From Octopus sinensis (taxonomy: Eukaryota), in assembly GCF_006345805.1 (NCBI RefSeq), contig NC_043015.1, forward strand, positions 13,020,001-13,084,000: DNA of 64,000 nucleotides. Direction: 5' to 3'. This document shows, piece after piece, positions 49,351 to 63,647 of this stretch. How positions within the stretch are numbered: position 1 is the stretch's first letter; each line of letters starts with the position of its first letter. The notes below the pieces were generated by a model. It saw only the letters and a program-made list of their open reading frames with translations, had not been told where the DNA came from and searched no databases. Made by a program: the position numbers and the translations under genes.

Positions 49351-52300
49351 TGATTGATAAAATATAATCTTTACTGCTGGTCTGAACTTGCTCTGTTGTC
49401 ATTTTTTGCTGCACATTTTGGAAAATGTTTTAGTCACCTGAGTTGCTTCTCTTTCTCTCGTTAGTCTTTAAATTGCTCCTGGAGAGATGAAAAACTTACG
49501 AGGTGAGATCTGAACCAAAAGCTCTAAACTTCAAAATGAACAGCATTTTCAATGTACTTTATCTTTGCAAGAAATCAACCATTCAAAGGTTTCAGAAGCA
49601 TATTCTAATTAATTAGGTGCATGATTAAGGGAGAAGTAAAAAATAAACTCATTAGGAAAATTTCAATTTCTATTTTAATTTAAAAGTTTCCTTCATTAAT
49701 AATAGATTAATCTTATTGTTTCGTTATTGATTTCTCACTCTTCATAATACTATAATATCAGTAAAATTGATATTCAATTTCGTTTACAAGTTTTCTAAAT
49801 TTAGGGGGAAGAAATGGCATACATTTCACTCATTCACTTTTGTAATTGCTTCTGAAAAAGAAAAGAATGGCTGATGATGTATTATCTTTCATGTAAAAAA
49901 ATACATCTTGCATTATCATATAACTTACATTAAAAAAAACCCCCAAGTCTCTTGTCACCTTTTGTCATTCATATTTTATTTTTGAAGTTTTGTCATCTTT
50001 TGAATGAAAGTTTAGATGACAGAATTGTGTGTTTGTCCAATCCTGAAGGTTAAGTGTTTTGCGTCTTCTGCTGCTTTTGTTGTACTTTAACTGGCAATCT
50101 TAATTCTTTGTGGCGCTTTCCATCCTACTGTACATGGATATCAAGATGGGATAAATGTAGGCAGACATGGTGCTGTATGATTGATAATTGCATTGTTAGC
50201 TTGCAGTCTTGAATTTAAATCCTCTTTAATAGAAAAACAAACGTTATTTCTTTAACAATGTATTTTTTGTCTTCTTTTTTCTTCATGTTGAGTTATAATA
50301 GTTATTAGTTAGAATTCATACATATATCTGAATTTGGAGAACAGCTAATGTTACCACAGATGAAATGGATGTTAATCTGTTAAAAGATATTGTTAAATAA
50401 AATTTTTATGATTTAATTTTCTGACTCTTCCCTGTCAAATTTGTCTCTTGTGGCAATTTATCATTCTGATCTTTCACTTTAAGAGCTTGGAATAAAAGCA
50501 ACAGACTTTGATAAAGAGACTTATAACAATAAAATATATCACCATTGCTTTATTGTTCATAGTTTTGTTAAATTTGCTTTATACAGTTGTTACATTTCAT
50601 ATATTTAACTCAATACTACATTGTCTGGGTGATAAACTCTGTCTGTTGCCTAGTTTCACATCACCACCTAGCCTTTAGTAAGTGGGGTTTTAGCATTCAG
50701 GCTAGGTATGTGCTAGTTACAGGTTTCCAACAATCCTGTCAATAGTTCAGTGCGTTTCTGATGTTAAGGATGACAAGAGTCAATGTGTAATTCTGGTGGA
50801 AAAATACCACATATTTTCATTCCAAAGCAGTTTGTTGGATTTTCTCATTGGTGTGTGTGTGTGTGTGTGTGTGTGTGTGCACATAGCTGGCTTCCTCATT
50901 GTTTCCATCTACTGAATTCCACTCAAGGCATTGGTTGACCTGAGGCTAGAGTAGAAGATACTCACCCAAGTTGGCATACAGTGGAATCTTAAATTATTCA
51001 ATTGCACAGCCAAATTTGCTCAATTGTTCCCCCCTTTTTTACCCTCATCAGTCTCAGAGGCACTGTAAAAAGCTCATATGTACTGGTCTTCCTCTACTGA
51101 TGAACTGAAAAATAAATCGATATATATATCTTGATCTGGCATTATCTTTTCCACATACTTTGATTGTATGTAATTTTCATTTTAAGCCTGCAACTTCATC
51201 TTCTGCATCGTGATTATATGCCATCTTTTAAGCTTGAAACTACTGAGTCTTCCTTAGTCCACTCTATCATGAGATTATCTCATCACAAACTCTTAACACT
51301 TTTTCATTTGTTAACTTACATTACATGTCCATGCCTAAGTGTGTTCTGTCTCAGTCGATGCTTTTGGAACTCATTTGATTTATCTTTTCAAAATTACATC
51401 TTATCTTTACTGAAACAAAATATTATGCCTATCATTAAGTTAGTCTTCTATAATCACTGCATATCATCTGCATTTACTGTCAACATTGTATGAATATTTC
51501 ATATGTTCAAATTTCCAGAAGAGCTAGAAACCTTTCTCTCTTGCCAAGGCTAATAGTTCCTTAAATTGCTTTTGCTACACTTTACCTCAGTCATTACACA
51601 CCTCACTAGCTTCACTTTCAACTCTATTCATGTCATCTAAATTATAGAATTTATCTATCAGTATTGACTTTGTTCTAGCAAGTTTCCTAGATGTATTATT
51701 AAATTTCCTTTTATTTTTTAAAAATTACTAATTAGAATGTATCTTTAACATTTTTGTTAGAATATTTCTGTTGAAATACATTCTCTTTCTTTCAATTAAT
51801 TATGATAATTATGGATTTATTAAAATAACTTCCATCATTAAGCTAGTGTTCAGGACATAAATTAACATGAAATTTTGATGGAAGGTTGTAATTTAGATCA
51901 CTTTGAAACGGGTAATTTGTATTATAGAACCAAAAGGTTTCAGGCAGGTTGTATCAAAAAGGTTGAAAATAGATTCTCACATGAAACTGTAATAGTGTTA
52001 TCTACTGAAGCCTTGCATATTACAATGATATAATAAGATTTCAATTTTAAATATGTGAACTTTAATGGGCATTGATTTAGATGGGTTGATAACATGAGAT
52101 CAGGAGTTACTTCAAGTATTTTGGTAGTGAAAGGATTACAGGTTCTCAAACAAAATATTTTTTATTCTTTACTTGTTTCAGTCATTTAATTGTGGCCATG
52201 CTGGGCACTGCTCTGAAGGGTGTAGCTGAACAGATCCAGCTAGCACTTATTTTTTAAAATCTGGTACTTATTCTATCAGTCTACTTTGCTGAACTGCTAA

Positions 52301-53477
52301 GTTATCGGGATGTAAACAACTAACACTAGTTGTCAAGCAATGGTAGAGTGGAGCAATAACACCCCCCACACACATACACACATACATGTATGTGTGTGTG
52401 TGTGTAGTACATATAAAAACTTTTCATCTAATGCCATAATGTAATATGTATGTAGAACAAGTGCTTGGTTTGGTTTACCACTAAAACTCCTGCTTGACTT
52501 GCAACTAAAAAAATGGTGGTATTGAAGCTGACTATCACAGTGGTTCAACATTGAGCAGATAAATATATATAAGAAATAGAAGTTGAACAAACAAAACATA
52601 TAGTAATATAAACGTCTTTCAGTAATATTTCAGTATTTTATACTTCTTTCAATAATATTGTAATATTTCATACAGCTAAAGCAAACATCATTATAACCAG
52701 TTGATGTTTACCTCTTCCCTAATAGCTTACCCTATCTGATTCACTGTGGTGAAAGGCTATTGTCCAAAAGGCTCTTGGTACATCCTCTGGCTATCAATAA
52801 TCCTAGCCCACACTGATCATTGACAATATAGTAAGGCTCTTGATTTTATACACCTGGCCTTCTTCATTCCATGTTGGTGAACCTCTCATTCCCTTCGCAT
52901 CATGTTCCCTCTTCTTCTATTGTACGTGTGTGTATACATATATCTATATACACACACAACATTTATGTAGGTATGCATATATATATGCACATTTGTATGT
53001 GCATAGGTATGTGTGTATATGTGTTTATGTACAGGCATATATCTATCTACATGTGTGTGTATGGGTACATGTGTGTGTATGTATATGTGTATGCATGTGT
53101 GTATATATGTGTGTATGAGTATACACATCCCCTTAACTCCTGTGTTATGTATGCCCTCACTATATCAGTTAGTGTCTATTAACTCTCTCTCCTGCATTTA
53201 CTACTCTTCCTTCACCCTGTCCTGTACTCTTTGAAGGCCTTCCATTCACGTCTACTCCATTTCTCTTCAAAGATGGAACTAGTAACATCTATCATCTTTT
53301 ACCATCGATTTTTCTTGATACTTCAACAATGGAACTGCTAACTAACATTACCTTTTACTAAGGATTCCTTAAATCCTTCAATCTGAAACTACCAGCCACT
53401 ATTATCCTTTATTTTGGACATTCCTTGGTTCTGCAGCAAACTGGTATCTACTAATATCTTTGAAAGATATTCTTTAT

Positions 53478-53509
<32 letters not shown>

Positions 53510-56136
53510 AATGATGGAATAGTTAACTTATGTGAAAATCTTTACTCAGTAACATTTTTAGAGACTTTACATATTTACTGTAACTACTCTGCAATATGTT
53601 TAAATGATAAATTAAATGCTCTAAAGTGATACCATATGTTTGGCTTGCTCATTCTCTGTTTTTAATGTGTGTGTGAATTCCAAAACCACATGATTGCAAA
53701 GTAAGTTTATTAAACACACGGTTGTGTCTGTGTCTATAACATACTTGCACAAAAGAATGACAATGAAGGAAGTGATTGTATGTACCAATTATAAAATTTT
53801 GGAAACGAATGATTTGTCTATTGACCTTTTAGATTAATTAGATAAATGAAAGAGTTTATAAATTCCAAAAAGTATCTTATCTTATATTCTTATACATCTG
53901 AGAAGATTTAAGATATCTTCAGCTACTAAAAAGTTAGTGCTGTTACCAGGAACAAATAATATGGAGTTGCTAAAAGGCATATCTATGATCATCAGTTCTC
54001 TGCTTGTTAGGCTACGATCATTTTGAAGTGATTGCCTATACTTCTAATCCTATCAGTTACTGTGCCAAATAGGTTATATTAAACACTCCTAAGTTTCTAA
54101 CTTAGAAACATTTTAAGGCTTGTGTAAAAAGAGATTTCATCCAACTTGCTTTAATATCAAGTTTCTGTGAGTTAGAATAAACCCACATTCACTGGTTGTA
54201 TACTTTTCCATTTATATTAGGCAACTCTCATAATGGCTATCGCATCCCACTTACTATAGTCATCCTTATGTCCTTCTACATCTCCCTCCCTGCCATTCCT
54301 ACGTCTTGGACATCATTTCCTTACTTTCTGATCTATTCTTCTTTCTTAACCAATTCTATTTCTCATATCATAGAGATGGTGTTTCCCATCATCTGCACCC
54401 TTGTTTATCACTCACTACTTTCACATCTGTCTCTATCTCTAACCATGTGTTACTCTCACTTTTCCTCAGACTCTTATGAAACTGTCCCCTCTCTCCTTGA
54501 TTCACTGTCTATATCCTCTCTTATACTCACCTTATATCTGGAGATAATTTGGCATCTCATCACCACTATCTTACCTTCCTTCAAGCTACTCCCACCCTTA
54601 TATGATACAGTGAGGTGGATAGTCATGTATCCCCTCTTTAGCAAGACACTTGTGCTTGTCCTTCTATTATACTTTAGCTTCTTAATGTCTGGTGTAAAAT
54701 CACTGCCCCCCCCCCATCAAATACTTCCTCCCACTTAGTTGAAGGGACTTTCCCCTTTTCTTTTATCTTGTTCTTTTCTCACCTTGCAAGTTAATTGGTG
54801 TCCTCACCAGTGCTGGTGGTAAAGAAAAAAGAGTACCCAGTACACTCTGTAAATTGGTTGGCATTAGGAAGAGTATTCAGCCATAGAAACTATGTCAAAG
54901 CTGACATTGGAACTTAATGTGATCCTGCAGCTTGCCTGACTCTTGTCAAACTATCTGACCTGGAAAATGGACATTGAATGATGATGACTCTTGAGAAAAA
55001 AAGAATTTATCATTGAAAGAAAAAAATGTTCTGAACTTTTGAAATGACTATATACAGACATTGGTACATGTATTGAATAATGATTGGATTCCTAAAACTA
55101 GTTTGAAATGTGATTTCTTTGAAATATTTAACTGTGCTTTTCTTCTGAATATAAAGTAGTAAAAATTTGAAATGAATATTGATAACAGCAATGCAATAAA
55201 TAACCTATAACTACAATATTAGCTAGATGAAATGATATACATTCTTTTAAAACTAGGAAGAAAAAGCAAAAACAAAAAACAAACTATACTGCTGACTTTC
55301 ATGTGTGAAACTACTTTCTTTATCCTTTGATCATTATAATGAACTTATTTGCATATGAAAGTTATTGTTTTTATCTAATTTTATAATTTTATATCAATGT
55401 TACCATTCATTCTAGTATAGATAAACTGGTGCAACATTGCAAATATTTGCATTTGCATATGACTGGTAGTTGTTCATGTTATTTATTTTTATAGTGCAAG
55501 TGGATGCTTTTTCTGTTACTAACAATTCCATTCCAAGATGGGAGTGACATTTATTTCCAGTTCAGGAAGTAAAACAGATATTTGTCAATTGTATGGTAGT
55601 TATTATTAAACATTAAGCTTGCTGTAGCTGTCATCATCATTATCACTGCCATCACCACCATCACATCATCATCACCATCACTACCCTCACCATCATCTTC
55701 ACCATCTTAGTGCTTGACATCATGATGAATATACTCAGTCTGTTCTCTATGATAGTAGTTAAGGATAGAAACAATAACAATACCAGCTTGCTATCCTCAT
55801 CCAAAGCTTCTTCAAGTATGATGCAGAATTGAGACATGTCTAACTCCTGTCAACATAGCAAAATATATGATTCAGATTTTATGATGATGATGGTGAATTT
55901 TAAGTACTACTCAGTTTTGCTGTTTAGCTACTTAATTTTTGAAGAAATAATTAGATATTTTAATGACATTTTCACTATTTTAAAAATGGTTGGATTTCTT
56001 AATCATAATTCTTTCTAAATTAAATTACAATTTATATATATTTTATCATATATTAAATAAATACAATTTTAAATATTGGAAGATTTAACGGATTTACTTT
56101 GATTTTTATTTATAGTTAATTTAATTTTTCTGTAGT

Positions 56137-56240
56137 TGCTTGCTGAAAGCATTACTATTTATTTATTTATTTACACACACACACACACACACACATGCTT
56201 GCTGAAAGGGTTACTATATATATATGCTTATTGAAAGGTT

Positions 56241-56298
<58 letters not shown>

Positions 56299-58800
56299 GT
56301 ATATAATCAAAATAAGCAACAAGGATATGTTTATTTTGATTTTAATCCCCTTATTCCTTAATTTGAAATTGTATGGATAATACCGTACTAAATTCTGGTG
56401 CCTCAATTTAAGTACCATATTCATCTGAATCAATATATATATATATATATATATATATATGCTTGCTGAAAGGGTTACTATGTATATATCATCATCATTG
56501 TTTAACATCCACTTTCCGTACTGGCATGGGTTGGATGGTTTGACTGATGGCTGGCAAGCCAGAAGGCTGCACCAGGCTCCAATCTGATCTAGCAGAATTT
56601 CTACAGCTGGATACCCTTCCTAACGCCAACCACTCTGAAAGTGTAGTAGGTGCTTTTTACATGCCACCGGCATGGTCAGTCAGGTAGTACTGTCATTGAT
56701 CACACTCAAATTTTGTTTTTCACATGCCACTGACAGAGGAGCCAGTCAGGCAACACTGGCAATGATCATGCTTGAATGGTGCTTTTTACACACCACTGGC
56801 AGGGGACCCAGTCAGGCGGCATTGGCAGCAATCATGCTCAAATGGTGCTTTTAACGTGCCACTGGCACTGGTGCCAATCAGGCGGTACTGTCATCAGCTA
56901 TGACAATGATTTCACTTGCCTCAACAGGTCTTTGCAAGTGCAGTTTATTGCCCAATGATTGAATAGCACTCTTAAATGGCTCAGGCCATGGTTATGGTCT
57001 CACTTGGCTTGCCGGGTCTTCTCAAGCACAGCATATCTCCAAAGGTCTTGGTCATCTGTCATTACCTCAGTGAGGCCCAATGTTTGAAGATCATGCTTCA
57101 CCACCACATCCCAGGTCTTCCTGGGTCTACCCCTTCCACAGGTTCCATCTACTGCTAGGGTGTGACACTTTTTCACACAGCTGCTCTCATCCATTCACAA
57201 CACATGACCATACCAGTGCAGTTGTCTGTCTTGCTCACCACATCTGATGCTTCTTAACTCCATCTTTTCTCTAAGGGCATTTACACTCTGTCGAGTATGC
57301 ACACTGACATTACACATCCATCGGACCATACTGGCTTCATTCCTTGCAAGCTTATGCATGTCCTCAGCAGTCATGGCCCATGTTTCACTGCCATGTAGCA
57401 TGGTTGTTCACACACATGCGTCATACAGTCTACCTTTTACTCTGAGCGAGAGGCCCTTTGTCGCCAGCAGAGACAGGAGCTCTCTAAACTTTGTCCAGGC
57501 TATTCTTATTCTAGCAGCTACACTTTCAGAGCATCAACCCCTACTACTGACTTGGTTACCTAGGTAACAGAGCCTATCAACTACTTCTAGTTTTTTCCCC
57601 TGGAATATGATGGAAGCTGTTTTCTGCACATTTTCAGTGTTTATTGCTCCTGAACATTTGCCACTAGCTTCCCAGTTAGCCTTCCTTTGATATTGCTGTG
57701 TCCATAGCTTACACTGGGTACATCTTATGGAGTTTCTACTGATGCCTTTTCTACAGATCAAGCAGGGCCATCTACTTGAAGGGATTTGTGGTTTGTCTGC
57801 CTTCCTACTTATTAAGACTTTTGGTTTTTGCTAGGTTGACTCTAAGACCCTTTGATTCTAGTCCTTGCTTCCACACCTGAAACTTCTCAAGTTCTGATAG
57901 TGACTCAGCTATTAGAGCAAGGTCATCAGCATAGAGAAGCTCCAAGGTGCATCTTGTCTTGAATTCCTCTGTTATTGCCTGGAAGACTATGATGAATAAG
58001 AGGGAGCTAAGGACTGATCCTTGGTGCACCCATACCCCTACCCAGGATTTTTCACTGTATTCGTTGCCATCCCTCACCTTACTGACAGTATCCCTGTACA
58101 TGGCTTGTACATCTCTCACTAACCACTCATCTATCCCTAGTTTCCTCATTGACTACCAGATAAGGGATTGGGGGTCCCTGTCAAAGGCTTTCTCCATGTC
58201 AATGAAAGCCAGGTACAGAGGTTTATCTTTGGCTAGGTATTTCTCCTGCATCTGTCTTACCAGAAATATAGCATCAGTGGTACTTTTCCCTGGCACAAAC
58301 CCAAACTGCATCTCATCTAAACTGACTCTCTCCCTAATTAGCTGGGCTATGACCCTCTCTATGACTTTCATTACCCGATCCAATAACTTGCTACCTCTGA
58401 AATTATTTGGATCTAATGCATCACCTTTACCTTTGTAGCAGTTGACTATGGTGCTGCTACACCAGTCATTGGGTATGACTCCTTCATGTATCACCTGATT
58501 GACTATACAGGTGACTAGGACTATAGCCGACACCGCCAGATATTTTAAGCACCACTGCGGTGATTCCTGATGGGCTGGGGGGGGGGGGCTTTCCCTGTCT
58601 TCATACCCTTAATTGTTTAATCTACCAAGGTACTGTCAATTCGGATAGCTGTTGGGTCAACATTCAGCAGACTCTCTCCCATTCATTCTCTTCATTTAGC
58701 AACATGCTTGCTGAAAGGGTTACCCCCCCCCACTCTCTCTCTCTCTCTGAAAGGGTTACTATGTATATATATACATATATGCTTGCTGAAAGGGTTACTA
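56137..58800. repeat. Seven copies of TGCTTGCTGAAAGGGTTACTA-type motif separated by microsatellites, split by an RTE insertion
   Basis: Copies start at 56137, 56196, 56225, 56460, 58705, 58747 (partial) and 58780. Confidence 0.9.
56488..58703 (-). mobile_element. RTE-clade LINE, 5'-truncated and frameshifted
   Basis: RT motifs QFGFVPGKSTTDAIF, AFIDMEKAFD, HQGSVLS, LLYADDLAL, followed by LHGSETW and GRGRPRKTW. The 3' UTR ends in a (GAT)n tail at about 56488. Confidence 0.92.
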
Positions 58801-61214
58801 TGCACACACAAATTTCCATTAAGCAAATCTTTATTTCAAAATGTTATTTTTATTTTGTATATAATAGCTAATAAAATTTGCTGTCTTGATAAAATCTTAT
58901 CTAAATTCCTATTTACTTTATCAAAAAGTTATTTTCAAATTCTCTTTGATTTTTCTTATTCTTTATTATTTTAGAAAAATTTATTATTGACTGTTACCAT
59001 CACTTACAGCAAGATATATGATATTTTTGTTATTGCATTCGATATATTTTACACTATAATTCTGAAGATAATATATTTTCTCTGAGATATGTAAGGTTTT
59101 GTAATTAGTTTACAGTGCACTCATTACTCATCATTCATTTTTGCAAAAGGAAAAAGAAAAAGAAACTATTTTTGTAGATAATTGAAAAAGAAAGAATTTT
59201 TACTTATAAAAATATCAATTCTTTCTTCCCATCATCAAAAAATTCTGTCTTATGGAAATACTTAAATTAAGATATATCATGCATAGTAATGGTTATGAAA
59301 ATATGTTCAGTCTATTCTAGACACTATGGTGAGGGCCATATTGATGTCAGAATGCAAGAGGATGGTAATACTTTTTATTTTATATTAATTTCATTTATCA
59401 ATTCTTTATTAGAAAAGTTCTAGCTCAGAATGAAAATGTAACATTTCAATATATTAGATTGTAATTTTAAATTGAATGTTAAAGAAAAATGTTGGAAAAT
59501 GATAAAGCAAACTTGCTGTAAAGGAGTGTTGGTTATATATAATGAAACAATGTAGATACAAATTGTTGACTACAGGGATATCGGGATGAGGAGAAGAGAA
59601 GTATTTGCTTTCTACACACATCAGTTTATTACTTATAGTTTTGAAATGCATAACATATGATAGATGTACCTCAAATCTGGATAGAAGACATATTTTAACT
59701 TAATGTGCCTAAAATTAACAATTTTCTCATTGAGCTTTGCCACAATTATCCATTTTTATAAAGATTGTCAATTTCCAGAAATAACTAGCTTAAATAACTA
59801 GTTTAAAAGAAATAGCCAACCCAAAACAAAAATCTCCTTGCCTTATTCTTTACTGATAAAATTACCATCCACAAGTTCAGTTTTTTTACAGCTTGCTGTA
59901 TTCAAAATCTGAAACTTATTGAATTTCTTTTATTGAATAATTATTATTGGCTCGACTTGCCCTGACACTAAATATAATCATAAATTTTGTTATGTGTTGC
60001 ACCATAGTATAGCAAGGAATTCCTTTTTGAATGTTATGTACCTTTGTGTCATTGGGAACTTAAACATGAATTTGATATTTTCATGGAGTAGAGGTGTTTT
60101 CTGATATGTGTAGTTTTTTATATTTTTCCATATTTTTGAATGATTTAAAAAAAATTACATTCATTTTATCATTTATTCTGTTTAAAACAAATTCCAAGTT
60201 TACACAGAAAACAATTGCAAACAATGTAGTACATTTTGTCTGGTCCAGTATTGTGATAGTTGTACATGCATGTTTTAGAGTCATAGATATTTATAGATAG
60301 CTGTTGATTTTTGTCTGTTGGTTGGCTATGGCTACTATGAACAACATTATAGACCTCTTGGCAAATCAGTGCACTGAGCTCTATATTTATTTACTGACAG
60401 CAAACTACAGCACACCTGGATTAGAATTTGGTCCGTTTTATCTGACTTGTTAGCAGAATTACTTTTAAGGAAAAGTTATTTTTTATATGCAAAACTGTGT
60501 TTAGTGTTTAACATTTAGTTTTACAGCAGAGTAATTATGGGGTTAAAATTTCTTTAGTAAAACCAAATATAAAAATGCTAAGAATTAAGATATCTTGCTG
60601 TACAATATTTTATGTAATTAACTACTTTTAAAGTTGAACTGATGTATAGTATTTTATAGAGATTAAGAAATACAAATAAAAACTAATAGCTTTAAGAGGT
60701 TCTTTCTAATTTACCTTAACATGTATTTATTGATTCAAGAAAATCAAAATTTATAAAAGGATTGAATGTCTGAAAATTACAAAGCCATCACTAAAGATCC
60801 ATTACAACTAAGAAGTAAAACGATCTGGGTGGAACAGGAATATTAGTTTGTAAAGATGTAAGTAGGGAGTTTTTGTAATGAGAAGAATGGTAAGAACACT
60901 TAGTTGGTTTAGAAAAATGTTTGAGCATAGTTTTACAGTTTTTTTTCTTGGCATTTTATTTCACTTTTTGTTGTGTGACTTTTTTTCTCTTCAAGATAAA
61001 GCAATTTGAAATGCAATCCTATTTTGTGAGAATTGAATGTTTCCATTTTATAATTTACAATTTTAGTTGGAATGTTTAGGTTTGGAGGGATAAATTAACC
61101 GATTTTCTGGATATTAAAGAGAATTAATCGAAATAAAAATCTGAAATTTTAAACAGACAAATTCTAAACAGAGAAAAAGAGTCTGATTTTATAGTTTGTA
61201 ATTATTTTGTCCAG

Positions 61215-61272
61215 GTGAACTGAATATTAATGAATATAATTTTATAAAACCAACAGAAAGACAGCTGAACTA
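61215..61272 (+). CDS. TMEM65: Probable TMEM65 coding exon 2
   Basis: ttattttgtccag|GTGAACTG...CTGAACTA|gtatga. In the phase-1 frame inherited from exon 1 it reads (G)ELNINEYNFIKPTERQLN(Y), fitting the family motif P-T-x-x-Q-L (human APPPTPGQLRY). The 3' boundary is less certain. Confidence 0.7.
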
Positions 61273-62454
61273 GTATGAGTGTAGCATGTAAATGAATTAT
61301 GCTTCCAAGATAAAAGTCTGTGGAAAACTTGAATGTGTAAACCAAAGGAAATATCTATTTGAAGCCTTTCAATATATGCTAGCACAGAAAAATGGACATT
61401 AAAATGAAAATGTTGCTTATGATAATAATGAAGACTTTATAAATATATATAAAATATGGAATAAATTATTGTAGATGTGCACATGCAACTTACTTTATTG
61501 AAAGCTTTCCTATAGAACATCAAGGAGATATTTTTTTATCAAAGCTGTAAAATTGGATTAGATCTCATGTAAATTATATTACTTTTATATTACTCAAAAT
61601 TTAATGAGTAGCTGTTATTTGTATTTTTTTTCTTTTTGTAGTATTTTTTTTCTCTGAAAGAGTTAACCAGATAATTTTACTGATGGAAAAGTGATAGGTT
61701 TTATTGTAATTACATATCTATATTTTTGAGATGTGTCTTTGTTAACTTGAGATTATCTCCTCTTTTGAATTTAATATCCTACATTTTGATCTGTTTCTAA
61801 ATTAAAACTTATGTAAAACTTGCATCTATAACATGTTTGTTGCAGGCGTGGCAGTATGGTTAGGAAGCTTGCTACAAAAAGATGTGGTCTCAGGTTCAGT
61901 CCCACTGCATGATATCTTGGGCAAGTGTCTCCTACAATGGCCAAAGCTTTGTGAATGGATTTGGAAGAGAGAAAATGAAAGATGCCTATTGTGTGTGTGT
62001 GTGTGTGTGTGTACCTTTGTCTTGACATCAATTGATTGTTGCAGACAAACATCACTGTCATACAAACAATGGTGTTTGTTTTTAGTCTTCTATGAAAAAC
62101 ATATCTGGCCAAGGGGAAATATTAACTTACCTGAAACCAGATGAAGCTTGGTGACAGGAAGAGCATCTAGCCATAGAAAATCTGCCTCAACAAAATTCTG
62201 ATTGACACAAGCAAGATTCAAAAGTTGATGTTAAATGTTGATGATGTTACAGAACTATGATATGTTAGATATGAGCATTAAAACCTTCAATTAAATAGTG
62301 TTCTAAATTATACCAGCCAAAAGATGCTCATACTTCAAAATGTTATGTAATATGAAAAACCCAAAATCAATTGTCCTGGAAATTCAAACTTCTCAAATTA
62401 CATTGTATTTCCTCTTTGGAAATTCAAAGATTACCAGATTAAAATAGCAAATAT

Positions 62455-63647
62455 AAATTTATGTTGTATAGTATTTGATATACCTGTATTTGTCAATGTT
62501 GCTCACAGAGATATTTTTCAGAGCTCATTTTTGTTTAGTAAAATTCTTCATAACTTTTAGTCCAGTATTCTGTTGATCTTATGAATCTACTACTTTCAAT
62601 GATATAGTTTATGGCTAAGTCAAAGGAGGAAGAACAGCAATATCAACCTAAGAATGCTCTCCATGATTAGTGCAAAGGAGAAAAGGGAAGAAAACAACTT
62701 AGCAATAGGAAGTAGTACATCAAAATATCAAGTTTCATGACTAGAGACTTGGGCCAAATACAATAGAGTGGGCTCTGCTAAAGGCTATCAATAATCAAGG
62801 GGCAGCATTAAACTAGGTAATGTATAAGTTCACCACATTGATTTAAAATTTTGACAGAAGGCCAGCAATTTCTTCCCTGAAATTGCTGCCAGCTCACTGC
62901 CTTACCTTGATACATCAATTCAGTTTGGCTCACAGATTTTTTAATTATTTTTTTTTAAATAACAGTTTGAAACTTTGTATACTGGTGTAATTTTTCACAC
63001 TGAATACGGCTTACTTTCAACATTTTTGACAAAATTTCGTATTTTAGAAGTTATCTCATATTAAAGTTGTTGTATTTGGGTAATTTTAACCAATCAATGA
63101 CGTGTATTCAGCTGAAGAAATCTACTGCTGTTTGTGATAGTAAACGAAGTGCAACAACCTCCAGGTCATCTCTACTAAATGTCAACGCTCTGAGGTTGAC
63201 TTTGCCTTTCATCCTATTGGGGTCAATGAAATAAGTATCAGTTGAGCACAAGGCCAGCAATTTCTTCCCTAAAATTTGCTGGCCTTGTGTCAAAATTTGA
63301 AATCAATATTAACGTATCAATGTGGTGAATTTACCCACTATCTGGTTTAACACTGCCCCTTGGTCATTTATAGCCTTTAGCAGAGTCACTACTTCCTATT
63401 GCTAGGTTGTCTTCTGCCATTTTCCCCTTGCACTAATCATGGAGAGCCTTCTTAGGTTGCGAATGCTGTTCTTCCTCCTTTGACTTAGTCATAAACTATA
63501 TCATTGAAAGTAGTGGATTCATAAGATCAATAAAATTCTGGACTAAAAGTTAGGAAGAATTTTGCTCAACAAAAATGAGCTCCGAAAAATAGCTCTGTGA
63601 GCAACATAGACAATTACAGGTATATCAAATACTATACAACATAAATT
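62455..63647. repeat. Long diverged inverted duplication (arms about 62455-62876 and 63270-63647)
   Basis: For example, tgatcttatgaatctactactttcaatgatatagtttatggctaagtcaaaggaggaagaacagc (left) pairs with gctgttcttcctcctttgacttagtcataaactatatcattgaaagtagtggattcataagatca (right). The left arm carries an extra segment of about 55 bp. Confidence 0.92.

Noticed and set aside
54196-54738. 180-aa ORF
   Set aside because: Non-ATG start, pyrimidine-rich decayed repeat sequence, low-complexity S/L/I composition and no recognisable domain.
56137-58800. CRISPR interpretation of the 21-bp motif array
   Set aside because: Spacers are microsatellites of unequal length and there are no cas genes.
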